The notes under the pieces: generated by a model | Seen by the model: only the letters and a program-made list of their open reading frames with translations | What the model was told of the DNA's origin: nothing | The model's database searches: none | Shown: piece by piece, positions 51,552-62,700 of the stretch | How the letters are laid out: every line of letters starts with the position of its first letter | Position numbering within the stretch: position 1 is the stretch's first letter | NCBI GenBank assembly: GCA_950072105.1 | Contig: CATMOE010000001.1 | Location: 1-64,000 of the forward strand | From: an uncultured Dehalococcoidia bacterium | Lineage (GTDB): Bacteria > Chloroflexota > Dehalococcoidia > Lucifugimonadales > UBA3495 | Direction: 5' to 3' | Length of the DNA stretch: 64,000 bases | Translations under genes and position numbers: made by a program

Positions 51552-52277
51552 ATGCCGCAAAGTTGGGTAGATATCAATGTTGGCGGAGATACCATGGAGG
51601 CGTATTTGGCTCAGCCGGAGGCGTCAGACCCGGCCCCGGCCGTGGTAGTCATTCAAGAGATCTGGGGCGTAAACTCCCACATTCAATTTCTGACCGACCG
51701 TTTTCCAGCCCAAGGTTACGTGGGACTGGCCCCCGCCATGTTCCACCGGGAAGGACGAATGACCATGGGACTGCACGAAGAGATGGACAACGCCGTCGCC
51801 AGGATGCAGCGGTGTACCGATGAAGGCATCGTGGCCGACGTCCAGGCTGCCGTGGACTACCTGAAGGCGCAGCCCTTCGTCCTAGCCGACCGAATCGGCA
51901 TTGTCGGATTCTGCTACGGAGGCCGCGTTTCCTACCTGGCGGCCTGCAATGTTTCGGACATCAAAGCCAGCGTGGTCTACTACGGCGGGAGAATAATGAG
52001 CTCTCTGGGACACGGACCTTCCCCCTTCGATCAAACATCCAGGATCACCGCGCCGGTGCTGGGCTTGTTTGGCGAGGAGGACCAGAATCCTTCGCCTGAA
52101 GACGTCGCGAAGATCGACGCCGAAATGACAAGGCTGGGCAAGAACCATGAGTTCCACGTTTACCCCGGCTGCGGCCACGGTTTTAATTGCAACGCCCGCT
52201 CCAGCTACCGGCCCGAGTCGGCCCGCGACGCCTGGAGCAAGGCGATGGCTTGGTTCGAAGCGAATTTGAAGGGCTAG
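51552..52277 (+). CDS. Dienelactone hydrolase family
   Basis: QEIWGVN, GFCYGG, GEED, GHGF. Confidence 0.93.
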   Translation: MPQSWVDINVGGDTMEAYLAQPEASDPAPAVVVIQEIWGVNSHIQFLTDRFPAQGYVGLAPAMFHREGRMTMGLHEEMDNAVARMQRCTDEGIVADVQAAVDYLKAQPFVLADRIGIVGFCYGGRVSYLAACNVSDIKASVVYYGGRIMSSLGHGPSPFDQTSRITAPVLGLFGEEDQNPSPEDVAKIDAEMTRLGKNHEFHVYPGCGHGFNCNARSSYRPESARDAWSKAMAWFEANLKG

Positions 52278-52281
52278 GAAG

Positions 52282-52350
52282 CCCTCACCCCGACCCCGAT
52301 TGCATCTGCATCACTCCTCTCCCCGCGGGAGAGGGGCCGGGGATGAGGGG
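52282..52350. repeat. Palindromic CCCTCACCCC/CCTCTCCC-type intergenic repeat
   Basis: CCCTCACCCCG...CCTCTCCCCGCGGGAGAGG...CGGGGATGAGGG. Confidence 0.7.
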
Positions 52351-52476
52351 CCACATCCCTGAAGCCTGACTGAAATAATACCGGGGACGGCCTACATCGA
52401 CTGGCTGTTCCCGGCTATTTTTGCCCGATGAAAGGCGATACCGTCGATCTACCCGGCGGTACGCCAGCCCTTAGAA

Positions 52477-53844
52477 TTGGATCAAGACGCAGGGCGAAAC
52501 CCGCGTGCACGCCCGCGCCGATTTGGAGTAAGGACCTTGACCACCCAGGCGCCCAGAAACCCGGCAAACCCAGAACCTCCCACAACGACAACCAGGAGTC
52601 CAAGGCAATCCAGCCTAGCCACTCTGAAAAACTATAAAGACTTCCGGTTGGTCTGGGCCGGGAACTTCATCGCTTTGGGCGGCCAGTGGATCCAGATGTT
52701 TAGCATCGGTTGGCTGGTTTTGCTGCTGACCGATGGGAACGCTATCCTGACCGGCACCGTCATCGCCATCAGGGCGTTGCCGACATTGATCATTGGGCCA
52801 TGGGCCGGGGTTCTCGCCGACCGCATCGACCGGCGTAAAGTAGTGATGGCAACTCAAGCAGTCATGGCCGTGGCCGCCTGCTCCTTCGCTTTCCTGGTGC
52901 TGGCCAGCGATCTGGAAGCTGATCCGGTAACCGGGCCGCTCCGGCAATGGCACCCCTTCCTATATATGATCATCTCAGGGATCTCTCACTCCATCATCCA
53001 GCCGGTTCGCCAGGCAATGATTGCCAATACTGTCCCCCGCCATGCCCTGAGCAGCGCCTTGGCCTTGAACGGTATGGTCTACCCGACAACCCGAATCATT
53101 GCCCCGGCCATCGGTGGGCTCATCATCGCAACTCTGGGGTTCAACTGGAACTTCTTTCTGGAAGCCGTGGCATACGTGGGCATAGTGGTATTGTTGCTGC
53201 CAGTCAAGCTGCCATACCGCACCGAGACATCGGGACCGCGGTCCAGTCCCCTCCGCAGTATGCAAGAAGGATTGGCCTACGTTTGGCGCCAGAAGACCAT
53301 CTTGCAACTGATCGTCATGCTGCTGATTCCAAACTTTGTCTTCCAACCCTTGATTTTCCTACTGCCAGTCTTCACGACTGAAGTTTTGGGGCGGGAAGCA
53401 GCCACCGGAGGCATCTTGGCGGCAGCCATGGGCGTCGGCGGAATCGTCGCGGCAGTCATTATTGCTGGGTTCGGCTTCATTATCCGCCGTGGCTTGATTA
53501 CCTTTCTCGGTTTGGCCGGTGGATCGATCTTCGTGATCCTGTTCGCCCTGTTGCCTTGGTGGATCGCCTCGTTCGCTTTTTTGACGGGATTGGGCTTCTG
53601 CCAATACGCGTTCCGGGTAGCAAACAGCACTCTGATCCAGACCTCAGTGCCCGACGAACTGCGTGGCCGGGTGATGAGCATCTACATGCTGGACAACGGC
53701 ATCATGCCCGTCGCCACCCTGATCCTTGGTCTATTGATCCACGTCTGGTCTCCAGCTGCCGCCTTCGCCATATTCGGGGGTTTGGCCCTGGCCGCGACCG
53801 TGTTGATGGCCTTCGGGTTTCACCAAGTACGGAGGCTGGAGTGA
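52477..53844 (+). CDS. MFS transporter (EntS/DHA3-like)
   Basis: GVLADRIDRRK, PVRQAMI, VPDELRGRVMS. Confidence 0.9.
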   Translation: MDQDAGRNPRARPRRFGVRTLTTQAPRNPANPEPPTTTTRSPRQSSLATLKNYKDFRLVWAGNFIALGGQWIQMFSIGWLVLLLTDGNAILTGTVIAIRALPTLIIGPWAGVLADRIDRRKVVMATQAVMAVAACSFAFLVLASDLEADPVTGPLRQWHPFLYMIISGISHSIIQPVRQAMIANTVPRHALSSALALNGMVYPTTRIIAPAIGGLIIATLGFNWNFFLEAVAYVGIVVLLLPVKLPYRTETSGPRSSPLRSMQEGLAYVWRQKTILQLIVMLLIPNFVFQPLIFLLPVFTTEVLGREAATGGILAAAMGVGGIVAAVIIAGFGFIIRRGLITFLGLAGGSIFVILFALLPWWIASFAFLTGLGFCQYAFRVANSTLIQTSVPDELRGRVMSIYMLDNGIMPVATLILGLLIHVWSPAAAFAIFGGLALAATVLMAFGFHQVRRLE

Positions 53845-53899
53845 CGGATATGCTCGCTCCCATCGCTGGACTCGACAACGTTTATCCAACCCTTTTCGA

Positions 53900-53928
53900 T
53901 TGACACACCCGGAGTGTCCTAATACACT
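53900..53928 (+). promoter_or_regulatory. Sigma70-type promoter of the TPP/Mo-enzyme pair
   Basis: TTGACA-17 nt-TACACT. Confidence 0.7.
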
Positions 53929-54003
53929 CGCTCCTAACTATCGGCGCACCCGGCCTGGTCTTGGGACACACGTAGACCAACTGGATGCTGAAGGAAGAGA
54001 GAT

Positions 54004-55800
54004 ATGAGCCTGGAGAGACCCGAATACGTATCCGACTTAATCGTCTATCTGTTGAACGAATTGGGCGTTGAATACGCGCCTTTGAATCCCGGCGCCACCA
54101 CCCGCGGACTTCATGAGTCCATGGTGAACTACGGCGGCAACAAGATGCCGGAGTTGATCACCTGTTGCCACGAGGAACTGGCGGTGGCCATGGCCGAAGG
54201 ATTTTATCTAGCTACCGGAAAACTCCAAGTATCCCTGGCCCACAACATCGTGGGACTGCAACACGCCAGCAAGGCCATCTACGAAGCATTCCTCAACAAC
54301 ATTCCGATGATTATCATGGGCGGCACCGGTCCCTTGGACGCCAGCCATCGCCGTCCCTGGATAGACTGGATCCACACCGCTCAGGTTCAGGGCCAAATAG
54401 TTAGAGATTATGTAAAGTGGGACGATCAGCCACAAGGGGCCCAAAGCGTGGCTGAATCCGTGCTCCGCGCTTACCAGATAGCCATGACCGAACCCAGGGG
54501 TCCGGTTTACCTGTGCTTCGACGTTGAATTGCAAGAAGCCCGGTTGCCCGACGATTTCGTCTTGCCGGATCTGAGCCGCTTCCAGGTACCCGCTTCGCCG
54601 GGAGGAAACCCCGAAGCTGTTAAGCAGGCAGCCAAGGCGCTGATGGAAGCCGAATCCCCGGTAATAATTGTCCAGGGACTAGGCCGGACACCCGGCGGTT
54701 CGGAGACACTTCAGGCGCTCTTGGACCTTGTGGGCGCGCCGGTGATCGAGATAGGGTCGGCCTACAACCTGCCCAACAGCCACCCTTTGAACGTAACCGG
54801 GGCCAACGCCGAAGTGCTGAAAGATACCGACCTGATCCTCGCCGCCGGCGTGACCAACCTGGAGCAAGTATTAACAAGAGCTGTCGCCTCAAGTAGCGCC
54901 ACGGCCCCCGAACAACCCAGGGGAAGAGCGGGTTACAACCGAGTGTTCGAGAGGGCCATTCCCGAAGGAACCAAGATTATCCAGATCGGCCTCCAAGACT
55001 ATGGCATCAAAAGCTGGCCCAGCAACTACGGGAGGATCCTGCCGACAGATACCGCCATTCTGGGAGACGAGATTCTAGTCCTGAAGCAGATCACCGAGGT
55101 TTGCCAGGATTCCATGGATGCCGGCTCTCGCAAGCGCGCCACTGAGCGGATTCCCAAGATCACCAAGATCCACTCGGATCTCTATGATCGCCTCCATAAA
55201 GAGGTCAAAGAGCGATTGTGGGACCAGACGCCCACCTCCACCGCCCGGTTGGCCGCGGAGATTTGGGAAGTGATTAAGGATGAGGACTGGGTCTTGGTTC
55301 ACGGTTCCCTCAGCGGATGGGAACGGCGGCTCTGGGACGTGAGTGATGAATCCCGATGGGTCGCTGGCGGCGGCGGCACCGGTACCGGCATGGGTGTGGC
55401 CATGGGTGCGGCTCTGGCCTTTAGGGGGACCGATAAGGTGTGCGTCAGCATCCAGAACGACGGCGACCTTCTCTACACCGCCGGCTCGCTGTACACCCTG
55501 GCGCACCACGACATTCCCATGCTGGTGGTGATGTTCAACAACCGTTCTTACTACCAGGATGTGGGGCATCAAACAGCCGTTTCCAGCAACAGAGAAAGGT
55601 CTGTGGAAACTGTAGGCATAGGCGTTAACCTGGACGGTCCCTCGACCGACTTCGCCACCCTGGCCCAGAGCTTCGGTTTAGCCGGTATCGGCCCGATATT
55701 AAACGCCGCCGACATCGGCCCGGCCCTGAAAAAAGGACTGGACATAGTTAAGAACGAACGGCGGACCGCCGTGATCGACACCATCGTCCAGCCTCGCTGA
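54004..55800 (+). CDS. Thiamine pyrophosphate-binding enzyme (decarboxylase/ALS superfamily)
   Basis: LNPG, CHEE, PRGPVYL, QNDGDLLY...FNNRSY. Confidence 0.9.
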   Translation: MSLERPEYVSDLIVYLLNELGVEYAPLNPGATTRGLHESMVNYGGNKMPELITCCHEELAVAMAEGFYLATGKLQVSLAHNIVGLQHASKAIYEAFLNNIPMIIMGGTGPLDASHRRPWIDWIHTAQVQGQIVRDYVKWDDQPQGAQSVAESVLRAYQIAMTEPRGPVYLCFDVELQEARLPDDFVLPDLSRFQVPASPGGNPEAVKQAAKALMEAESPVIIVQGLGRTPGGSETLQALLDLVGAPVIEIGSAYNLPNSHPLNVTGANAEVLKDTDLILAAGVTNLEQVLTRAVASSSATAPEQPRGRAGYNRVFERAIPEGTKIIQIGLQDYGIKSWPSNYGRILPTDTAILGDEILVLKQITEVCQDSMDAGSRKRATERIPKITKIHSDLYDRLHKEVKERLWDQTPTSTARLAAEIWEVIKDEDWVLVHGSLSGWERRLWDVSDESRWVAGGGGTGTGMGVAMGAALAFRGTDKVCVSIQNDGDLLYTAGSLYTLAHHDIPMLVVMFNNRSYYQDVGHQTAVSSNRERSVETVGIGVNLDGPSTDFATLAQSFGLAGIGPILNAADIGPALKKGLDIVKNERRTAVIDTIVQPR

Positions 55801-55816
55801 TATAGAAAACAGGGAG

Positions 55817-58078
55817 TTGAGCATGGCTACAACCTACTCCGTGGTAGGCACATCGGTAACCAGAGACGAAGGACCGGACAAAGTATCCGGCGGCGCGAAA
55901 TATCCCGCCGACGTGGTGGTGCCGGGGACCCTTTCAGGAAAGATCCTTCGCAGCCCGTTCCCCCACGCCCGGATAGTCAGCATCGATACGTCGAAAGCCC
56001 GCGCCTTTCCCGGCGTCCATGCCGTTCTAACCGGCACTGACCTGCCGGACCGGCCGGTTGGCAGACTCCTTAGAGACTGTCCGGTGCTGGCCCGGGACCG
56101 GGTGCGGTTCGTTGGCGAGAAGGTCGTGGCGGTGGCCGCGGATACCGCCGAGGCGGCGGAAGAGGCCTTGCTGCTCATCGACGTCGAATACGAGGAGATA
56201 GAGGCGGTCTTCGACTCGTCGGAGGCGATGGAAGACTCAGCGCCTTCGCTCCACTCGGATAAGGCCAACTACATCGGCTTGCCCATACCAGCCTCGGAGA
56301 TCAACAACGTGCTGGCGGAGAATCACTGGTCCAAAGGCGACGTTGACCAGGGCCTCGGCGAGTCAGACCTGATATTCGAGCATACTTTTAACGCCCAATT
56401 GATGCACCAGGCCTACATCGAACCCCATGCTTGTATCGTTAGCGTTGACGGTTCTGGCAAGGTAGAGATCTGGGCCAATAACAAAGGACCCTTCATGCTA
56501 CGCGACCAACTTGCCGCGGCGGCGGGTATCCCCAAAGATCAGATAACCCTCTACCCCTGCAACATCGGCGGCGACTTCGGCGGCAAGGGCTCCTTCATGG
56601 ATGTCCCTCTGTGTTACTTCCTGTCGCTACATGCCGGCCGGCCGGTCAAGATGGTCATGGACTACATCCAGGAGTTGCTGGCGGGCAATCCTCGACATCC
56701 GGCCAAGATTACCCTGAAGACCGGGATGAAGAAGGACGGACGCATCTGGGCCAGGCAGGCCCACGTGGTGTTCAACAGCGGCGCCTACGGGGCGTTCAAA
56801 CCTCGGGTGTACCTGGGCGGGGCCGACCATCTAGGAGGCACTTACCAGATTCCCCACGTCAATATAGACAGTTACATGGTATACACCAACAGCGTCCCAT
56901 GCGGCCACATGCGCGCTCCGGCCAAGCCACAGGTCCACTTCGCCGTCGAGTCCCACATGGACATGATTGCCGAGGAGATGGGCATCGACGCCTACCAATT
57001 CCGGCTGATCAACGTCATCAAACCCGGTGACGCCAGCCCAACTGGGAAAGAGTTTCAGGAGATCCGCGCCGAGGACACTCTGCGCGGCGCCGCCGAAGCC
57101 GCCGGCTGGGACAAGCCCAAGTCAGGGCCCAACATCGGCCGGGGCATGGCCATCTCGGACCAACCTCCCGGCAGCGGGCAATCATCCGCCAGGTTGGCGA
57201 TGGACGCAGAGGGGAATGTTGACCTGCACATGTCTCTGTTTGACACGGGGACCGGCGCTCACACCATCTTGCGCCAGGTGGTGGCCGAGGTCTTGACCAT
57301 ACCGGTCGAGAACGTGCGCATGGTCATCGAGGACACCAACGCGGTGGAGTTCGACTCCGGTTCCGGTGGCAGCCGAGTGACCTACACTTCCGGGCAAGCA
57401 GTCCTGGGGGCGGCCAACGACCTGCGGGGGAAGTTGATCTCCCGGGCCTCCGAGTTATTCGAAAGCGACGAAGACCAGGTCGAGCTTGTGGGCGGCAACT
57501 TTGTCATCAAGGGGGACGCATCCAGAACGGTTACCCTCCAGGAAGTCACTTCTCAGGCAGTGACCGACACCCACGGCCCGATCGAGGGTCAGCTCACCTA
57601 CACCTCACCCACTTCCGAGGTCACCGGTTTCAGCGCCCAGGTGGCGGAGGTGGAAGTGGACCCGGAGACCGGGCAGGTTACGGTATTAAAGATCGTCACC
57701 GCCCATGACGTAGGCACCATCCTGAATCCGCTAACCCATCAGGGACAGATCGAAGGTGGTGTCATCCAAGGTCTGGGCTATGCCCTGATGGAGGAGATCA
57801 GCATCGAGGATGGGCGCATCTCTACCTTGAGCTTGGGCGACTATAAGATTCCCACCATGTCGGACATCCCCATTCTGGAGACGGTATTACTAGAGTCTCC
57901 CTCAGGCCCCGCGCCCTTCAACAGCAAAGGCATCGGAGAGAGCAGCAACGTGCCGGTGGCCGGAGCCATCGCCAACGCGGTATACGACGCGGCGGGAGTC
58001 CGCATATTCGACCTGCCCATCACCGCCGAGAAGGTCCTCCGGGCTTTGAAGGAGAAGGAAGCGTCGGGTAACAGTTAG
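55817..58078 (+). CDS. Xanthine dehydrogenase/aldehyde oxidoreductase family molybdopterin-binding subunit
   Basis: GGDFGGKG, MRAP, GSGGSR, GQIEGG, KGIGE. Confidence 0.93.
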   Translation: MSMATTYSVVGTSVTRDEGPDKVSGGAKYPADVVVPGTLSGKILRSPFPHARIVSIDTSKARAFPGVHAVLTGTDLPDRPVGRLLRDCPVLARDRVRFVGEKVVAVAADTAEAAEEALLLIDVEYEEIEAVFDSSEAMEDSAPSLHSDKANYIGLPIPASEINNVLAENHWSKGDVDQGLGESDLIFEHTFNAQLMHQAYIEPHACIVSVDGSGKVEIWANNKGPFMLRDQLAAAAGIPKDQITLYPCNIGGDFGGKGSFMDVPLCYFLSLHAGRPVKMVMDYIQELLAGNPRHPAKITLKTGMKKDGRIWARQAHVVFNSGAYGAFKPRVYLGGADHLGGTYQIPHVNIDSYMVYTNSVPCGHMRAPAKPQVHFAVESHMDMIAEEMGIDAYQFRLINVIKPGDASPTGKEFQEIRAEDTLRGAAEAAGWDKPKSGPNIGRGMAISDQPPGSGQSSARLAMDAEGNVDLHMSLFDTGTGAHTILRQVVAEVLTIPVENVRMVIEDTNAVEFDSGSGGSRVTYTSGQAVLGAANDLRGKLISRASELFESDEDQVELVGGNFVIKGDASRTVTLQEVTSQAVTDTHGPIEGQLTYTSPTSEVTGFSAQVAEVEVDPETGQVTVLKIVTAHDVGTILNPLTHQGQIEGGVIQGLGYALMEEISIEDGRISTLSLGDYKIPTMSDIPILETVLLESPSGPAPFNSKGIGESSNVPVAGAIANAVYDAAGVRIFDLPITAEKVLRALKEKEASGNS

Positions 58079-58150
58079 CTGGACGCTTTTTGCCTTCACG
58101 GTGGACTAACCTAGAGTTGCTGAGTTACCCCGAGTGGGTAGCTTAGAGAA

Positions 58151-58262
58151 CCTGAGATTCCTCGCCGACCTTCCACCGAAGGGCGGGTGTTGGAATGACA
58201 TTGCGGGCAACGAAAACGGAGATACGCGAACTGTCGTTCCGAGCTTAGCGAGGAATCTCAGG
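58151..58262. repeat. Palindromic REP-like element B
   Basis: CCTGAGATTCCTCG...GGAATGACA / TGTCGTTCCGA...CGAGGAATCTCAGG. Confidence 0.85.
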
Positions 58263-58282
58263 CGGCCACCGAACCTAACGCC

Positions 58283-59431
58283 CTACTTCCCAAACAACGC
58301 GGCAATCCTCTGGCCGACTACCTCATCTTCCCCCGGATACAGCCCAAAGGCGTGCAGGGTGATCCGGTCCTCGCCTTCCCGAACCCTGGTCCAGACCGGC
58401 GGATCGCCGGCTTTTAAACGGTCCACCACTTCCTGGTTTGTCATCCCGGTGACTGCCGGGTCCACTTCGATGTTCACGCCGTAGGGTTGGTGGCCGATTA
58501 TGTTGGCTATCGATTCAACCTTTACACCGGGGATGCCCATCAGGGGAGCCATCATGTTCCGGCATTTTTGCTCGGCGTCGATCAGACGCTCCTCATGATT
58601 CAGGGTCATCCACCGGCGCACCGCGGCGACCGCTCCGATGATTTCCTGGCGGTCGACTTTTTGAGGCCGGCCAATCCCGCGGACCCGGCGTCCCTCGTAG
58701 CTGGCGAAGGATTGCAAGCCAATCTTGCGAATCATGTCCTGGGATCCTAACGCCAGTCCCACCGACTGGGGCGCCCCCAGATATTTGGCGGCGATGCACT
58801 GGAAGTCGGCACCCATCCGAACGTACTTCCCAAAATTTTCCAGCGGATATATCTGACCCGCGGCGTCTACCGTAACCAATACGCCATGAGCGTGGGCAAT
58901 CTCTATGGTCTGTTCCAGAGAAAGTGCCTTGGGGTCCGGCTCCTGCTCCACGGCATAGTAGTGGACCGCGGCGGTGTTGGGACCGATGGCTTTCTCCAAG
59001 TCTTCAGCGGTGGTCTCTTCTTCCGAACCGAAATCCACCAGCGTCGCCCCGGCCAATTCCAAACAGCGGTCATACCAATACCGTTGACGGGTTTGGATGA
59101 GAATCTCGTTCTTCATGCCGGATGCGTTGGGAAGCTGTTGAATCTTGTCGTCGTCATCGCCGGCCATGGCGGCCGCGGTGGCCAGAGTCAATGCCGACCC
59201 CGCTCCGGAAGTCAGATAGGCCGCCGGTACGTCCACCATCTTGGCAATAGCGTCGCCAGCTTTTTCTTGCAGATCCAAAAGGTAGATATAAGCGCCATCT
59301 GCTTGGGCCATCGCCTCCCTGACCTCGGGAAAGGGGGTCGAACCGCCCAGCATGGTAACGCTGCCGGTGGCGTTGATCACCGGTTTGGCGCCCAATTCTT
59401 TATAGATCTCGCCCCAAGATGTGTCTGCCAT
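58283..59431 (-). CDS. SelA-like/DgaE-like PLP-dependent enzyme
   Basis: PVINATGSVTMLGGS, VDAA, AAKYLGAPQ, GIGRPQKV. Confidence 0.82.
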   Translation of the reverse strand: MADTSWGEIYKELGAKPVINATGSVTMLGGSTPFPEVREAMAQADGAYIYLLDLQEKAGDAIAKMVDVPAAYLTSGAGSALTLATAAAMAGDDDDKIQQLPNASGMKNEILIQTRQRYWYDRCLELAGATLVDFGSEEETTAEDLEKAIGPNTAAVHYYAVEQEPDPKALSLEQTIEIAHAHGVLVTVDAAGQIYPLENFGKYVRMGADFQCIAAKYLGAPQSVGLALGSQDMIRKIGLQSFASYEGRRVRGIGRPQKVDRQEIIGAVAAVRRWMTLNHEERLIDAEQKCRNMMAPLMGIPGVKVESIANIIGHQPYGVNIEVDPAVTGMTNQEVVDRLKAGDPPVWTRVREGEDRITLHAFGLYPGEDEVVGQRIAALFGK

Positions 59432-59648
59432 GATGCTCTCCTATGTTACTGGCTTGGGATGTAAGGACTTTGCCGAATATGAGATATGAAGGGTTTCCGT
59501 AATGTTATCCGCCGCCGGTCTGGCTGTCCAGATGAATAGCGGGGAGTTCGAGTCTAGCGCTGTGTCAAGTTGATCGTCGGGAATTGCCTGATTCCGGCAG
59601 CCTGTCATTGCTCCGAAAATTGAATCGCCAACTTTCGGCCCACACTTC

Positions 59649-59690
59649 GTCATTCCGACACCAGCCCTTCCGCGGAAGGATCGGAATGAC
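59649..59690. repeat. Palindromic REP-like element C
   Basis: GTCATTCCGA-CACCAGCCCTTCCGCGGAAGGA-TCGGAATGAC. Confidence 0.85.
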
Positions 59691-59722
59691 ATTTATCACA
59701 TATAGTAGGACCAAGTTTTACA

Positions 59723-62700
59723 TTAGCGGCCCGGCAGAGGCCGCAGCCAACCTTCGGTTTCTTGTGCCGGCAATACCCGGAATATGCCCCAAAGCCCCGC
59801 CTGCCGGTATGGCTCTCGATGGTCGCCGTAAAGATAGTCGCCCGGAAGGCCCGTACGGCCTCCGGCGCCTCCCTCGGGTTGAATTGTTATGGCTTCCAGT
59901 GCTCCGATCTGGACGGCGCTAAGCATGTCCGAGCCTTCTCTACCGGGTTCCACGGGCCAGGGATGACCTTCCAAAGTGAAGACGTGGGCCTGTTCGCTGA
60001 AGGGAACTAAGACGTGAATCTTAACCGGGTCGCCGGAGACGGCCTCCAATAGGGGCGTGGCCGGGTCGCCGTGCACAGTGCTGCTGAACACCCGTGACGT
60101 ATCCTCGTTCCGGGCCAGGCGGGCGCCAAGGGGCTCAAAATTATAGTTGAGACCCACCACTCCCTCGACCTCCTGGGAGTAGGGCATGATGTGGGTGCCG
60201 ATCACTTCGTCTTGATCTTGGATGAACAGGGCGAAGTCACGGTAGCTGTCCCGGGCGGGCGGATGTACATCGACTCGCCAGCCCGACTTTAGCGTCATGT
60301 CCTCGCCGGTTACCGGGTGGGTGTAGGATGAGCCTTCCTCCCCAACCACGATGGCGCCATAAAGACCCAATCCCGGGTTCTCCAGCACATTGCCCCAGTC
60401 TCTAAGCAGAGCCATCGTTTCACCAACATCGGGGTGAGCATAGAAAGTGTAGGTCCGGGTGCTTCCGGGTTCCACCGTCTGAGGCGGGTTGCCGCCCGCC
60501 GCGATTCCCATTGACTTGGCCGGGTTGTAGGCCAGCATGTCGGCGTGGATGGACACCGGACCTGAAGCGGTCTCGTTGCTGAGCATAAGATTTACGCAAT
60601 CCCCCACATTGACGTGCAACACTAGTGGCTCAGGAGATTGAGATCCAGAAAGCACCTCCGCCTTGTCCGCTTTTAGAACGTACATCTTGCCCTTGGTCTC
60701 GCCCAACATAGGCAAAGGTACATCGATCGCGGCCACCCAGTACTCTTTGACCGGAGCTTCCACAGGACAGACGGTCGCCGCCGGTGCTGGAATCTCCTGG
60801 TGACCGGGCAGTTTTTGCAACGATGCTCCAGCGTCATCGTCCAGCACCCGAATGATCCCCCAGCTTCCCTCCCGGAACTTGAACGACCGGCCATTGTAAT
60901 AAAGATAATCCCCCGCCATCCCTTGCGGGCCTCCGGCCTTAGGCAATACCAGTGCGTACCGCTCGGAAATACCGATGTGTACCGTGTTGATTGGGGACGA
61001 CGTCAGGCTGTAAGGTTCCAGCCGGAACCAATGCCCGTCGACGTGCAGGGTATGAACGTCGTTCATCGCCGAAACCAGACCCCGAATGACGATGGGGTCT
61101 CCAAGGTAGGCCTCCAGCAGCGGGGTTTCGGGGTCGCCGTGGGCCTCACTGCTAAACAGCAGCGACGGGTCTCCTTCTCTGGCTTTCAGAGGCGCCACAC
61201 GCAGGTTTATAGCACTACCGCTGGAGCGGCCCTCTTTGGTCAGGGTGTTGTCGTCTTGGATGAACAGCAACAACTCCCGGAAACTCCCGGTCACGTCCGC
61301 GGAAACCAATCCATCATTATGGACATCCACGATTGGACCGCTTCTGACCTCGCCGCCGGTGCTGGGGTCGTGGTAGGTGGAGCCTGACGGTTCGGACACG
61401 ATAGCCCCCACCAATCCGTGTTTCCAGGACGTTAGAGCGCTGACATGGTCATGGAAATAAGCCGTGCCGAACTGGACGTCCGGATACCATCGGTAGCGCA
61501 CGAACTCGATGCTGACGATCTCACCCCGTCCGTGACCGAATCGCAGCGGCTCATCGAAAACTAGGGTGGAGCCGTCAATCTCCCGAATGCGGCGGACCTC
61601 AAAGGATTCGGTCTGATCCATCCCCACACCGACCAGCGCTCCGGGCTGGAATCGGTCGGCGCTGACCAACTGGAGGCGGCTCTCGCCGGCTTGGGCGGTT
61701 CCCCGAATCTTCTCTCCTTCCTTGGTGAAAGGACGCACCGAGGTTTCGTAGTTAAACCCGGTAATAACGCCGTCGCTGCCCTGGACATCGAATTGGACGA
61801 AGTGGACGTGGATATTCGCCTTGCTGAAAAAATCGTTTTCGCCCGAGTCTTCCAACTCGCTCTTGAAAACAATGTCCACGCAGTCCTCTCCGGCGTTTGC
61901 CCGAATCGCCAACGGGGACCTCAAGCCATTGTCGGCCCGAACGGCGTCCTCCTCCTCTTTGAGGACGTACAGTTGGCCTACCGGGTCGACGATGTTTGAC
62001 GACCGGCTGAGGGTGATGGGCAGATTAATCGAGTGGATCACGAACTCCTGGGTCTGCGTGCCATCGGGACACAGACTCCAGGGCCCGTTCTCGCCGGGCT
62101 TGGGCGGATCTGTCCCATGGCGGATCGGGTCCAGAAAGGGGGCTGGACCGTGATTCGGCGCAAATGGCGGCCTTTTGGCCAGATGGGGCCTCAGGAATGG
62201 GTAAGCCAGTTTACCGGTTAAGGGATCGAAGTAAATGGGCGGACGCACTCCGGGCGAGGCAGAACTAAAGCCTGGCCAGTCCTTCTCGCTGTCCGGTTCG
62301 TTAAGGTAGAGGTTACCCTCCCGGCTCCAGTTCAGCACCGACGCGTCGTAGCCTTTAGGAATACCTTGGGGAGGGAGTTGACGTTCCACCCAGTCCGCCA
62401 GGTTCTCCTCGCCGATGGGCATGGCTTGGCCCTTCCAATCGGCGGTCGTCCCGACCAATTTTTCGGATGTGACCGCCGGCACCACGCCGCCTAGCTTGTC
62501 CGGCACTTCCCAAAGTGGGGGTAAAGAGTCTTGGGCGGCGCCATCTTCTTGCAGCGTGTTGTACACCCGCCATACCATCCACATGCCCGCCAGATAGTGA
62601 TGGGCGACGTGGCAATGGATGAGGTAGTCTCCCACAGAATGCTGGCAACCCCCGCTGCCGCACTCGTTCTCCAGATCGTAACCTTCCGCCGGGCCAACAG

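Noticed and set aside
58283..59431. True selA / selenocysteine system
   Set aside because: Short SelA-like form; no selB, selC or selD and no convincing in-frame TGA gene in the window.
46840..59690. Repeats as a CRISPR array
   Set aside because: Dispersed over 13 kb, no regular spacers, no cas genes.
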